A DNA stretch of 54,026 bases, the filler included, from Bipalium vagum (taxonomy: Eukaryota), in the NCBI GenBank assembly GCA_037834085.1. It is 3 parts of 3 records of this genome, joined end to end, with 100 filler letters (N's around TTAATTAATTAA, not from the genome) between each part and the next. Parts side by side here need not be neighbours in the genome. Positions count along the whole stretch, not along the records: positions 37,134 to 54,026 come from JBBMKC010082905.1; 2 more parts are not named here. One strand, 5' to 3'. Below, piece by piece: positions 37,561-49,959 of the stretch (the stretch's first letter is position 1; each line of letters opens with the position of its first letter). The notes under the pieces were generated by a model. That model did not search any database, was not told the origin of the DNA, and saw nothing but the letters and a program-made list of their open reading frames with translations. A program made the translations under genes and the position numbers.

Positions 37561-38259
37561 GGACCTGACTCTTCAAATGAAGAGTGCCTATCATCATACC
37601 AGCAAATGTCTACTCAAACAAACATTTTCTCTCAAAGATTCATGGTGGCTTCTTTGGCTTTTAAATTATTTTTTCTTTAGGATATAATAAAAGAGATGTC
37701 CTCAATGTTCAGAGAGAGAAGCTCGTCCCATTTCTATCAGTTGAAAGGATATTTTCTAAACATGTTATCTAACAAGGATGATGGGTTGGAATGACCGCGT
37801 CTTTCCTGTGAGTATAATTTATCCCTTTCAAATAAATCAAAGTTGCCAACACATTTTGACTTATTTTCTCGTGTGGTACCACAAGGAAAAGGGGATGCAG
37901 AAATCTGTTATATTTTCAATGAGGAAAGGGGCACCTGGAGGTACAAGGAGACATGTGGTCCCTTTATTGACAGTAGTGAATCATATTAACTATTGCAAGC
38001 TGGGTATTTATATCACTTTGATTACCGTATGTACGATGGGATTTAATTAGGAAGGCCTGCTTTCCTTATTATAGAAAATTTAATTGGGCCTTCATCATTT
38101 CATCTGTAAGGAGCTGTGAGAAAAAATATGTTCAGCCTTTCACTCAAAAGATTCCCAACAGTAACTGTTGACACTTGTCAAAAGATCATTAACCTAAGAG
38201 ATACACCAAAGGTAATCTTGCTCATCGAACTTCTGGACGCAACAAATCTTGTAACTTAA
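37561..38259 (+). pseudogene. Candidate decayed intronless reading frame of unknown origin
   Basis: One frame runs 232 codons with five internal stops (37678, 37792, 37987, 38044, 38107) and protein-like composition. No family recognised. Confidence 0.3.
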
Positions 38260-38860
38260 CAGAAGTTAGGGTAGACTTTTCGACATAATGTACCACCTAA
38301 ATAGGCCCGAGGCATTCGTAAAGCTGAAGGACAAAATAAAGCAAGTAAATAAAGAGATAAAATCTCCGGGAAACCGAGGAAACCAGTGTAATATGAATCA
38401 GGCTGAAGTCGGGTCGAAGGCAGAAATATGATGACGGCAGTCGCGGTCCCCGGTCGCATTACGTTAAACATGTTACCAGTAGCTGATGTCTGCTACCAGC
38501 GGGGCAACGGTGGACTTGATATTTACATTTCAGAGGTGAATAATGCAATCCCGCGCTGCCGTTGTTCAGAAAGCAGCCTGCGACCACACGAGACAGCTTC
38601 CTCTGCCCGTTCTGCGCTCTGCTGCCACCCATTTCTTGCGGATCCCAACCGAATCCCGGTTATTCACCCCTTTCATTCGTTGCAAAGACTTTTAACCATT
38701 GAGGAAACACGAAATTCCATTAAACATCAGCCACAAGTGCTTGTCAAACTGTGAACAATTATAACAAGAAAACTTGAAGCATTTAAACAAACAAATATGA
38801 ACAAATGCTATCGCACCAAGAAAATAAATCACTTCAAAAAGTCTCTGTATCTTTTTAAAA

Positions 38861-38900
38861 TAATTATATTATTTATTATTATTATTATCATTATTTATTA

Positions 38901-38935
<35 letters not shown>
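38861..38935. repeat. Degenerate (ATT)n microsatellite
   Basis: ATT run visible in the sequence. Confidence 0.85.
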
Positions 38936-38936
<1 letters not shown>

Positions 38937-39329
38937 TAATATATTTGGACTGTTCCTATTTAGTTCCCTATTATTCTAACTTGAATCATTAAAACAAAAT
39001 ATTTATTTCAAGGTCAAATTTGTCTTAATGTCGTTTTGCTATGTGAATCTAAACTTGACGGACACCAAACAATTTTATTTGAGGCTTTCAGATATTATTT
39101 ATTTATTTTTTCTTTATTTAGAAAATGGGAAGGATGGACGACTTTGACTCGTAACATTGTTGTCATTCCAACATTCATTTTCTCTTTATAATATTTATAA
39201 AGTGAAGGAAACATTGGGTTTTTATTTGTTTTAGGTGAAAGTATCTTAAGAGTTCCTTGTGAATATTATTTTAAATGATATTTCGTTCAAACCCGGGGAA
39301 AAAGTAAATGAAGAATAAAAAGAACAAAA

Positions 39330-39912
39330 AAATGACGAAGAACATTAAGCAGTTTTCCCTATGTTTTCGAAATGATTTCCTTTAACAGATAACATTGACT
39401 GAATTCTTCGTGGGAATAACCACACTGCAGTCACCGGTTCATCACAATAACCACCTGGTTTCAGCTCATTAAGGAGCAGCATTTTAAATGGTTTTAACTT
39501 TTCTCTCGTTGAACCGAAGAAGTATGGACTAGTTTCCAACGATAATCATCAAGTGGACGTTTTATCATCCATATCAGCAATTGAATATTTAATGGCGATC
39601 TTACATTTGAACGCCAAGGAACGTCTCCCATGATGTATATTGACAACAGTTACAGTATCCTCAAACGTCTTCACAATTTTGTATAATGTAGAATATTTAC
39701 AGGGGTCCTTAATTAAATTTCCTTGGCGTTTGATTTCCATATTTGCAGCTTTATCGAATTTCCATTGCCATAACAACATCGAAGTTAATAAATTTTTATC
39801 ATTGATTCATTTAAACAAAACCGACTTTTAATAAAGATTAAAATAAAATATATTTTCATACTAAATCGATAGACATCAAATGTATTTCTTCGGTTTCGAT
39901 ACGACCGGTGTA
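39330..39912 (-). mobile_element. rosa/DD41D-like deletion derivative
   Basis: TA-CACCGG terminus near 39911. Reads PCKYSTLYKIVKTFEDTVTVVNIHHGR (DUF4817-type HTH) and a C-terminal RRIQSMLSVKGNHFEN. Confidence 0.6.
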
Positions 39913-40594
39913 ATATTGTTACTGGTTAATCAGTAAATTTTATAAATAATTATTTATTTTTCTGATTTCCTCTCTTTTAGACTTTAACAATGAATATTTA
40001 CCCTCCTGAAGTACCTTTGAGAACAAACCTTTTCTCGTTAATGTTATCAAGGAATTAGGATTAGATTAAATTAAAGAATATTTGTTCGAGAAATCTTTTT
40101 GGACAAGTTTCAGGTTTTTTATTTCTTATATGAAAGGATTAAAGGTCTAAATATAATCAAGGTATCACCATGAACTAAGGGACAAATTTGTTCCAAAAAC
40201 ATGTACCATGTGCCTTACATCCTACAAATATTGACGATGTTTGTCATACCCAGAAGACCACCAAACGACGGTCAAACCCCGTCTTTTCTATTATTAGGTT
40301 AAAGATAAACAGCAGTTCTTACCACATTGGTATAGAGCGCGAGAGGAAAATGGAAATGACAGAAACTGTTTTTCTCATTTATAAATAAATCTCTTATCTG
40401 ACAGATCGACGAACCCAGCGGTCTTTGGTAACTTATATTCGTCACATTCCTGGTACAGGGTGGGCCAACAGTCACTAAATAACAGTCACCAGAATAAATT
40501 AGTTATTTTTATTGTTCAAGGTATTTCTTTCACTCTAGGTCGCTTTCTTTATTTTCACATTTACATGACATGGCGGTTTTTAAGATGTGACTAA

Positions 40595-41170
40595 ACTAGA
40601 TGAAACACTTTTTGTCAATCAAAATGTACTTCTGCCATTGCGACAATCGATTATAACTTTCCTTTTCATAGAAAACATGGTTTATTGATTCAAAAAACTG
40701 TAGAATGGTATTTTGAACGCCACCTTGTCTCTAAAATATCTTATTGGTCATAAATATTTCCATATGTTATAACATCTGATAATTTGATTGCGAGAGGTCT
40801 GTTGAATAAGCTGGATTATGTAAAAACCTTTTAGTTCTAATCATGTGACTTTTGTGATGTCAATCTCGAATCATGTCATCTTGCATTATCGTGAAGTGAA
40901 ACCGGTCTCTTTCTATCAACAAGTGCCAGTTGACGTTCACGTAACTTCTGGTGCACTACTTCAATTTCGTTGCACGGTATGACTGAGCTATGATAGATTT
41001 AAAAGTAATAGTGAATTAACCATAGTCTTGTTTTGATTAGGCTCTGCTTACCAACATGTTTCAGATCTTCATTCGCATCCCACCTTTGTGAAGATCTTCG
41101 CCGACTGTCATACAAGACTCACTTCTCATCACGGATTACAATTCAAGACAAAAATGGGTCATTTCAGTTC
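40595..41170 (-). mobile_element. Degenerate mariner (cecropia-like)
   Basis: Reads DPFLS*IVIRDEK*VLYDSRRRSSQ, HQKLRERQLALVDRKRPVSLHDNAR and PAYSTDLSQSNY. Confidence 0.8.
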
Positions 41171-42225
41171 CGAATAATCCAAGAAGAACAAATTTTATAA
41201 TCTTTTATTTTCTTACTTATCTTTTAATTAGTATGTTATTGAAAAATGGGTAATTTTATGTCACTCAGTTCTTCAGCTAGTTTTATAATCAATATTTTCG
41301 TATTATTTTCAACTCCCGCTTTCGAATGGCCTTTACTTGTATAACAGGAGTCAGTCTTATAGACTCATCGTTTTCAATGCTTTTTAAATTATGAAAAAAA
41401 CCCTTGTGAAATTTATAATTCCATTTGCTTTTAGTTCATTTTTATAAAGTTTGAATTCATAAAGAATGCAAATTAAAATATCTTGTTCAACCATGTCCTA
41501 GAAAATGCAAAAGAGAACGTGTAATTTTAAATTGAACTGTTTACTTTTTCTTACTTAGAATTATGCTAAAAATTAAAAATAGCGCTTTAGTTTGATATAT
41601 TATTAAAACAATCATTATCATAAAAATTGATTGATTAACAAATCTATGAAAAAATAATAATAAAATCCGTCATTTAATACAGGACGGGATAATACAAATA
41701 ATAATAATAATGTACTATTAATTATTTATAACAAACCAAGTCACTTGTTACTTTCGGACCAAAGTAAAATAGAAAGAAGTGTGGAAAATATTCATTCACC
41801 CTTTAGAAAGAAATACAATAATGGTTTACTGTTAAAACACAATAACCAATGAAATCAGATTAATAGTTCTGAACAGCAAATCAAAGCTCAGACTATTTTA
41901 AGTAGCAAAAATTCATTCTGTCAATGTTCTGGCGAGGTGCATTTATAAGATATCATTTTCGAAATCTAATTAAAAAATTATTTCATTGGATAAGAAATTA
42001 ATCTTTTTTCAGAATCATTTTGCTAACTTTTGACAAACTCTGTTCTATGCGAAAAGGTGCATTATGCAATCAATCGAAAATGTTTATTGATAAATAGACA
42101 CAGTTGAAAAAAGAGTACAAATGTGTTATATATATTTACAGAAAAGTCTAAAAACAGAAAATAATAATAGTTTTTGTTATTTGTCATTCAATCTGGAGCA
42201 GTGAACTCAAGGTCAAAACTGACTG

Positions 42226-45200
42226 TTACGAAAGATTTTCTTGAGGTGAATTTCTTACACTCGAATGGGTACAGTGCTCAATGAGATCAACATTTTTCAT
42301 TGGCACCGACTGCTTAGCGTTTTCCAAACACCCATTTGAACTGAGATAGCACTGGGCATCACCACAGCCTCTGACCGGAGGAGAAGGGGGTGTTCTAATT
42401 TCTGAGTGTTTGGCCGTATCATTCGTGGTCAAACCATTGGACTCTTGTCTGCTTTTTATGGGTTGTGAATATATTATTGATTCATTACACGCTGATGAAG
42501 ATTCATTTTTTGGATTCGAACCGCGAGAAGATCTACTCATTCTTTCGTCATTCAACGACACCAGCTGACTATTACTGAGTACACTAGTATTGGTACCGGA
42601 AATAAATGCTGCTGGGTTTCGGGCTGAACAAACAGGACCAGAAACAATGACATAATTGCTCATCGGCGGAGCACCTTGGTAAAACTGGGTCGGTCGAGCA
42701 AAGAGAGTCTGAGATCCATCGGCAGTCCAAAACTTGCGGGCCAATAACGATTCCTGTTCCAATTCATACTGAGAATAATTGTTGATCAAGTGACGATCGG
42801 CTTGAGAGCTGGCACTCATATCGTCGTAAATGTCTTCTCGGTGGTACCCGATGAATTGATTGGACGGGTTTGATTGAGGTATCGACTTGGGGTTCATTGG
42901 TGAAGGTACGGCTTCGGTTACATGGATGCAAAAAAACCGGTAAAAGCAAGAATCAGAAATCTTGTTTGATTGCATATACTGATCTGCGGGGAGATGTAGA
43001 ATCAAAGTCTGTCTTCCTCAAAATTGAGATGACTTACCAATAATGGATCGCAGCAACGAACAGCGAATGAGGAAAATTATATTGAACAGTAGTGACAATG
43101 TGAACACAAAAATGAGAATGAGGACGGTGTTGGGACTGGTGATGAAAACCCCTGGCAAAGTTTTCAAAAGGTCAAAATTAATTATTATTATTATTATTAT
43201 TAATGAAACAATTAAGTGAGAGAAAACCCGTGCACAACTTGAATCTTTGCTCTGTTAACTCTAAAGACCGACACACGATCAATTAATTATTTCTCCTAAA
43301 TTTTTCATTGAATAATTATCACCAAAAAACCTTTTCAAAAAAAAATTTTTCTGTTACAGCTTGGTAATTAAAACAAATACTTTCAACGATCATCTGACAA
43401 ATATAATCAATATTAAATATAAATTTAAAGTTTAACCTTCGTTTGTTTTAATGCATTAATGAAATATTATTTTCAAATTGCGCTTTGGTAAATTTTTAAT
43501 CGATTTATTTTGAATATTTAAAATTTATTTCTCTACGTTTCTTTTCCCCAATCAAAGTGAATTATAGGTCGACCATGGAAAACAAAAAACATTCCCTAAA
43601 GTTTCAGCTTAACCAAATCCGTCCATAAATAAACGAGATTGTCTGTGTCAGTCATTCTTGTGAATGATCGATAAGAAGAAAATCGAAAGTTAAGTTAAAA
43701 AGACTTCAAAAGAACTTGTAAAAAACTTAGGGTCACCAAGGAACTCTTAAGTCTACTTTCCGAAAATATGTGCTAACGGAAGATCGTTGTGGCTGTGACA
43801 GAGCTGCACAGATTTTGATTTTCCTCAATTTTGTAATTTAAGAACACGTCTTAGGTTCAGGTGAATTAACAAAGAGTTGACCAAATACGCGAGAAAAAGA
43901 AAAGTTGACATCGGATTTGATCAACAGAGAAAGGAGAATTGAAATCATAGACTTTGAAAGAATTAGGTTACAAACTCTCTCCCAACAAGTCCTCACATCT
44001 TGCACCAGTACCAGAACACATTCACATTTCGGCTTAAGGAGACTTCAAAAAAGTCTTCTTTCACAATTACACTGACGTTTAAAGTGCATTCGAAGATTTT
44101 TCGGGGCTTAGAGAACTGACCTCTGTGCTGAGAGGATAAATAAACTTATTTCTGATTGGCAGAAGTGACAAGCCTGTTACGTTGATCAATAAATCTTTTG
44201 TTTGAACCGAGGAGCCCAAATCACAAATCCTAAAGTTGAAGTTACTAAAGCTGAAAACACCACAAGGTTTTATAATTGAAAATAATCGTCTCCATTTGGC
44301 CTTTATTTTTCTATGGCCATTGTTGTTTTAACATTCTGCACCCAGCACCAAACGGACAGAGCCAGCGCTTTGTGACCCCAAGACGTAATAAAATATTATC
44401 ATAACATGGTTTTGGCACATTTTGAATCATCGAACTGTTCAAACTCCATCACTTGATCTTGGCTCTTCATAACACAAACAAAGATTTTGTTGTTTTAATC
44501 AATCACAATAGAGTGGAATCGGAATTCATTCATCGACCTTGCCCTGGTTTTCGGAACAATTCCAGCCGAATATCAATTATATGGAGATCGCAGTATGGAG
44601 ATATGATGAAAACCTTTACCGTGACGTCTGCCCACTTTCTAAAAGGGCTTGTAACCTTTTCATTTATTATCGTGCGAAGTCGGTTCTGTCGTGTCTTTTC
44701 TTTAAAATTATTAATATTTTGTTTTAATCTTCACAAAAAATAATAATAATAACACCATCTCTCACCGTTTCCGATATTTCATTTTATTATTTTCTCCTAG
44801 AAAAAATAAATATTGACTCCCCTTTTTTCTTAATAATAAATGTCCCGGTTCGATTCTGGCTCGTAATACGGACGATGACGAAAGTAAGGACAAAAAAAGA
44901 AAAAGAAACGAAAACTTTTTCCAAATATCCACAAATTATTCTTCGGGGAGAGATTTTTTCTTAGATAATTTATTTATTTGCCAAAAATTTTAAAAAAATT
45001 GACTTTCTCGGTCACTTAATGATAATAATAATTTTCGACTTTTTTCCCTTGGTAAATGTCCCTTACAATTATTAAGTGAACTGGCCTCCAAAGTCTGGCA
45101 GAGGTAATATTATCAAAAATTAAATAAATATAATATATAATATCCAACGAGAAATGATGGCGATATTAACTAATTGGGCTGTGGCATATTCTCGGGAAAA

Positions 45201-48200
45201 TTGTGAACATTTACGATTTGTCCATTTTTGCGATGTTCGATTGTCCGAAAATTAATGTCGACTTTTATGAGTGAGAAAAATTGTTTAAATATATCAATTT
45301 TATTTAGTTGTCATGGAAATTCGAATTGATTGATTTATTGATTACTCACGTAAAATAATTTATGCATGATTTTAGTTTTGACAAGGAAATGTTTTGAAGC
45401 TGACAAAAACTGAGATCATTTTTCTCAATCAGCCAATCAAACGATTAATTGATTTTCAACAGTGAGAATAGCTTAGGCAATCTCTCTTTAGAAACGGTGA
45501 CAATTAAAACACCACCATTATTATCAATGGACAATATTATTAATTATCTACTGTGGGGAATGTGAGGATGGTGACAAGTTTGGCTCTGCTTGGAAAAAAT
45601 CCCAACTTTCATTAGCGATGGTTCATCCCGATCACTGTCTGAATTGTTTTGATCGGAAAACGGAAAAAATTCGAAAGGAAAAATTGCAACAACCAATGGC
45701 AATAATTAACCTGGACTTTCCTCGTGATTGGGAATGAAAGGTGATGCTATTGATTTTATATTATATTAATAATTAATAAATATTTCATAAAAAGTAACAA
45801 AAAAAGAAAAATAATATTATTATTATTAACTTAATGATTAAATAATTTCAAAATAATAATTATACTTTTAATAAAAATAATAAAAACTGGACTTACAAAA
45901 TTCATTACTTTTCTCTCGGAAGAAGTCGTTGTTTTTGGCCACATTGAGAGGGATTTGTGTCACCAAATGGGGAACGGTGACCGTTTGAACGGGGTCTGGG
46001 AAACTGGATTCCGTTGACAGCGAGGAGAGAGGCCGATCTGTGGTTTTCTCGGCAGAGTTGACCTGGTCTCCGACAACGGTCACAGTCTTTGAATGAATAT
46101 TGGCATATACGCACCTCCACTCGCCAGTGCTGTTGACCAGCTTGGTATCTATCGTCCACTCGACCTGAACCGAAGACGTTGTGGAGTTCATGGAACACTT
46201 CTTGATCATTGGAAGATATTCCTTTTCTTTGTAGGCACTGATACAGTTTTTGTAGCATATTTGGTTGACCCCAAACGGACAGTATAAGTAAACACTGTAT
46301 TGGTCCATATTAGTTCTTTTTACGTTGCACTGAAGGACTATGTTCGGGAAGGCATACTTGGGCGAGAGGTCGACCACCGTTTCATCCTGCTCTGCTAAAT
46401 ATATATTTATTTTTTTCAGTACTTTTGCCATACTTATTCTACATGACCTACTTTGGGAAATTTAGGTCAAATGTTGTAATACTTTAAAAGATTATTAAAA
46501 CAAAATAAGTAATCATTAAAATAATTGTTTATCATTTTAAATCAGGTCGACAAAAATAATAATTATCATTATAATTATAATTATTTCTTTAATATTATTA
46601 TTTTTATTTTATTATTATTTATTTTATTATTAATTTATCTAAATATTATTTTATTTTATTATTATTTATTTTATTATTAATTTATCTAAATATTATTTTA
46701 TTTTATTATTATATTGATAATTTTTTTTATTATTATTTATTATTTTTACTATTATTATTTCTTGATTTTTATTATTTTATTTTACTATTTTTTTGGTTAT
46801 AAATTATTTATATTATTAATTATTAATATTATTAATTATTATTATAATTATTATTATTTTGATATTTTTTATTTTATTATTTTTATAATAATTATTTTTT
46901 ATTATTATATTTGATTATTTTGTCATTAATTATTATTATATTTTTTATTAATATTTGTAATATCATTTTTAAAAAAAAATATTATTACTATTAATTATTA
47001 CTTTTATTATTATTATTTTTTTTTATTTATATCATTTGATTTGTATTACTTTATTTTACTATTATGTTGGCTATTAATTATTATTTTATTAATAATAATT
47101 ATTATTATTAGTTTTTATAACTTTGATTATTATTTCTTTATTATTATTTTTTTTTTATTATTACTAATATTAAACTGATTTTCAGCGAAAGATTTCCTTG
47201 TGAATGAATGTGGAGACAACATTAATCAAAGACAATTAATTAAGTAATTAATCATAATTAATATATTAACGATTAATTAAGGAAATTCTTCCATGTCGCT
47301 GATGATGAGAATGAACGCAAAGTGTCCCCAAGTTCGACTGAGTGCTACCCTTGCCGGTTAATGTCAGAGAAGTGGTAAGCTCTCCTCCGCTGGAGCCAGA
47401 TGCGGAGGACCTGTGCACGTTGAGAGAGTGCATTTTCAGATTCGCTCCTTTGGCATTTATAGCACAATTTTGTTTACCAAGTCGACTCCCTCGCCTGTCA
47501 GGCTGGACCATCAATATTCGATTGAAAGGTGAAGCACGCTGAAGGGATCGATCGATGGATAAAAATGAAACGGAGGCCAAGAATTTCAGTCGATACCAGA
47601 GGTTCTGTTCTGATAGATATTTTCGCTGAGGAATCGCTGTCAATCAGAGAAAAAGCAATAATAATAGTGTCTCCCGCTTTACTACGCAACACTGGTTTTA
47701 CACCTCTTTGGTATGCCAGACACTCTGGTCGACCGAAATGGCGTTCGATGGCAAATGCTCCCGTGCACCACGATGGTGGAAAACCGTGCCACAGAGAAGC
47801 AAGTTGAACGAAACCGTCTTAATTCAACTGACGATTGAATTCGTTCACATTTTTCCATGGGATCAGATGGCAGTATTTACTCGATCAGCAGACTTGTGGG
47901 AAATCGATTCCAGAAAAGATGGATTGATTAATGCATATTGGCAGATACGCGATCTGGATCAACTATTCGCTGACGAACGACGAATGTTGCCCATCTATCA
48001 CCGTCGTCGACAGTTGGTGAACAAACCGCCTCAGGTCCGTTGAGGTGCCACAGCCAACGCGCACAAGGCAAGGCAAGCCGTTATCTTTTGCCTCTCGCCA
48101 TTGTTACCATTACCATTTGGTGGATGGCAATTTGTCCGTTAAGGAAGCACCGGAACGGTTCCCAATTAATAGTGACCGAAACCGAGCTCTTTCCAACAGT

Positions 48201-49742
48201 CGCTGGTCAAACAATCTCCGCGACGATCGCACGCTCAGATCGAGCGCGTTACCCTCGCCATGGATACGCAGCACCAGTTGGCATTTGGCCGTCGTTGTCA
48301 TTCAGCTGCAGATCTTTCCGAATAAACATAGTCGCGCTGCTGATGCATTGGCAGCCTGGCCGAGTGTTTATGTGTTACATCATCACCAGCCATCATCGAC
48401 AGCCCGCTCGGCGGCTTGTGCGCAGCCCAATCAATATCAGTCGTAATAATAATAATAATAATAATAATACATAATAGTCATAATAATATTTTATCAATTA
48501 AGTCGTTCGTGAGAATCGATTAATTTTAATGATTTGAAATAAACAGTAAAGTGCTGCGATTGAGTAATAACAACAACAGCACAATANNNNNNNNNNNNNN
48601 NNNNNNNNNNNNNNNNNNNNNNNNNNNNNNNNNNNNNNNNNNNNNNNNNNNNNNNNNNNNNNNNNNNNNNNNNNNNNNNNNNNNNNNNNNNNNNNNNNNN
48701 NNNNNNNNNNNNNNNNNNNNNNNNNNNNNNNNNNNNNNNNNNNNNNNNNNNNNNNNNNNNNNNNNNNNNNNNNNNNNNNNNNNNNNNNNNNNNNNNNNNN
48801 NNNNNNNNNNNNNNNNNNNNNNNNNNNNNNNNNNNNNNNNNNNNNNNNNNNNNNNNACATTAATAATGAAAATAATATTTTATTAATATTACTACTACTA
48901 TTACTACTAATAATGATATTTTTATTAATAATAGTGATATTAATATTAATAATAGTAAATATATTAATAATATTAATATTAATATTAATAATCATTAATA
49001 ATAGTAAAAAATATCATAATAACTAATAATAATTATTTAGGATGACTTAATTGGAAATCGATTTAATTAATTGAAAATTATTAAACATTCACATTTTTAT
49101 TTTATAGAAATCGATATATCAATATTTTATAAGTATTGATAAAATAATATTTTATAAATATAAATCACATAATTTTATAATTTATTATTTTTATTGATAT
49201 GAAACCAAGTGCAGTTTCCCAGGGAGACTCTTGACCAAAATGATTTCCTTCATAAAATGGTTTCTATAAAATGACATTCATGTTCTGGAAGGTTCTGTAA
49301 TGGAAAGGTTCCAGTCGTAACTGTCGATCTCAGACATGACGGGAATCGAACCTTGATTATCGAACTATGATCACATTAGAGAAGCCTTTCTTATTCAATG
49401 ATTTTAACTCAGAAAGATCAAGAAAGACTTTCAAGAAATATTTAGGCTTCTGGTTCAAGATGAGATTGCGATCTAAGTAGGGGGATGTCACATCGAGTTC
49501 AGTACAGATCCATTGTCATTATATCCCCGACGGTGAGGGTCAAGATAACTGGATCAATACTGAATCTCTGAGAGTGACGAAACTTATTCTCAACATTAAC
49601 CCGACAACAAAATGACAAAAATATCGATTAAAAGATTGATCGTAAAGGTGAAATATCATTAAAAATAAAGCTACCAAAACATACCTGCTCTTAATGTGAT
49701 CAGCACAAATCCATAAATCAAAATGAGTCTGAATGCGGTCAT
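42226..49742 (-). CDS. Orphan type I single-pass membrane protein, 475 aa, with divergent Ig-like ectodomain
   Basis: Four exons with all phase-1 GT-AG introns (donors GTATGT, GTAAGT, GTAAGT): 49742-49685 (signal peptide MTAFRLILIYGFVLITLRA), 46394-45897 (LQCNV...STGEWRCVY plus Ser/Thr stalk), 43151-43038 (TM VLILIFVFTLSLLFNIIFLI) and 42983-42226 (low-complexity tail, stop TAA). Total 1428 nt. AATAAA at 42088-42083. Confidence 0.85.
43570..44170 (+). mobile_element. Heavily decayed mariner in intron 2 of the membrane-protein gene
   Basis: Reads TLKELGYKL..PHLAP.., the region equivalent to HPPYSPDLAP, followed by a decayed C-terminal segment. Confidence 0.5.
46555..47170. repeat. AT-rich low-complexity (ATT)-derived tract with a roughly 47-bp tandem duplication
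   Basis: Almost entirely A/T. The unit ATTTTATTATTAATTTATCTAAATATTATTTTATTTTATTATTA repeats at about 46621 and 46668. Confidence 0.85.
47280..48443. promoter_or_regulatory. GC-rich island in intron 1 (candidate enhancer, alternative exon or alternative promoter)
   Basis: Sharp compositional island of roughly half GC, rich in CpG, between ATT/AAT tracts. No TE motifs and no dominant ORF. CCAATCA at the right edge. Confidence 0.4.
48587..48856. other. Intra-scaffold assembly gap (270 N)
   Basis: N run without linker, flanked by AAT/AAC microsatellite-like sequence. Confidence 0.95.
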
Positions 49743-49959
49743 GGTTACATGTGAGGAAGAATGACGAGAAGACGAAGCACGGAAATCCTTAGGTCAAGCA
49801 TGTTTCTTCAATGGTATCATTAAAATTCATAATAATATTATTAATAATGATAATGATAATGATAATAATCGTACAGCCTCTTCGAATGGTTATTTTTATC
49901 AATGATCAGTGCAGTTATAGGTAGATTGATCAGAGTGTGGGTGTTTTGTGCACAGCGAC

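Noticed and set aside
45905-46287. Overlapping alternative-frame and antisense ORFs over the receptor exons (also 42764-42949) and over the ATPase exons
   Set aside because: Shadow ORFs of real coding exons.
46714-46914. Ile/Tyr/Phe-rich ORF resembling a membrane protein (also ORFs 48498-48995 and 48551-48886)
   Set aside because: These are translations of ATT low-complexity DNA or read through an N gap.
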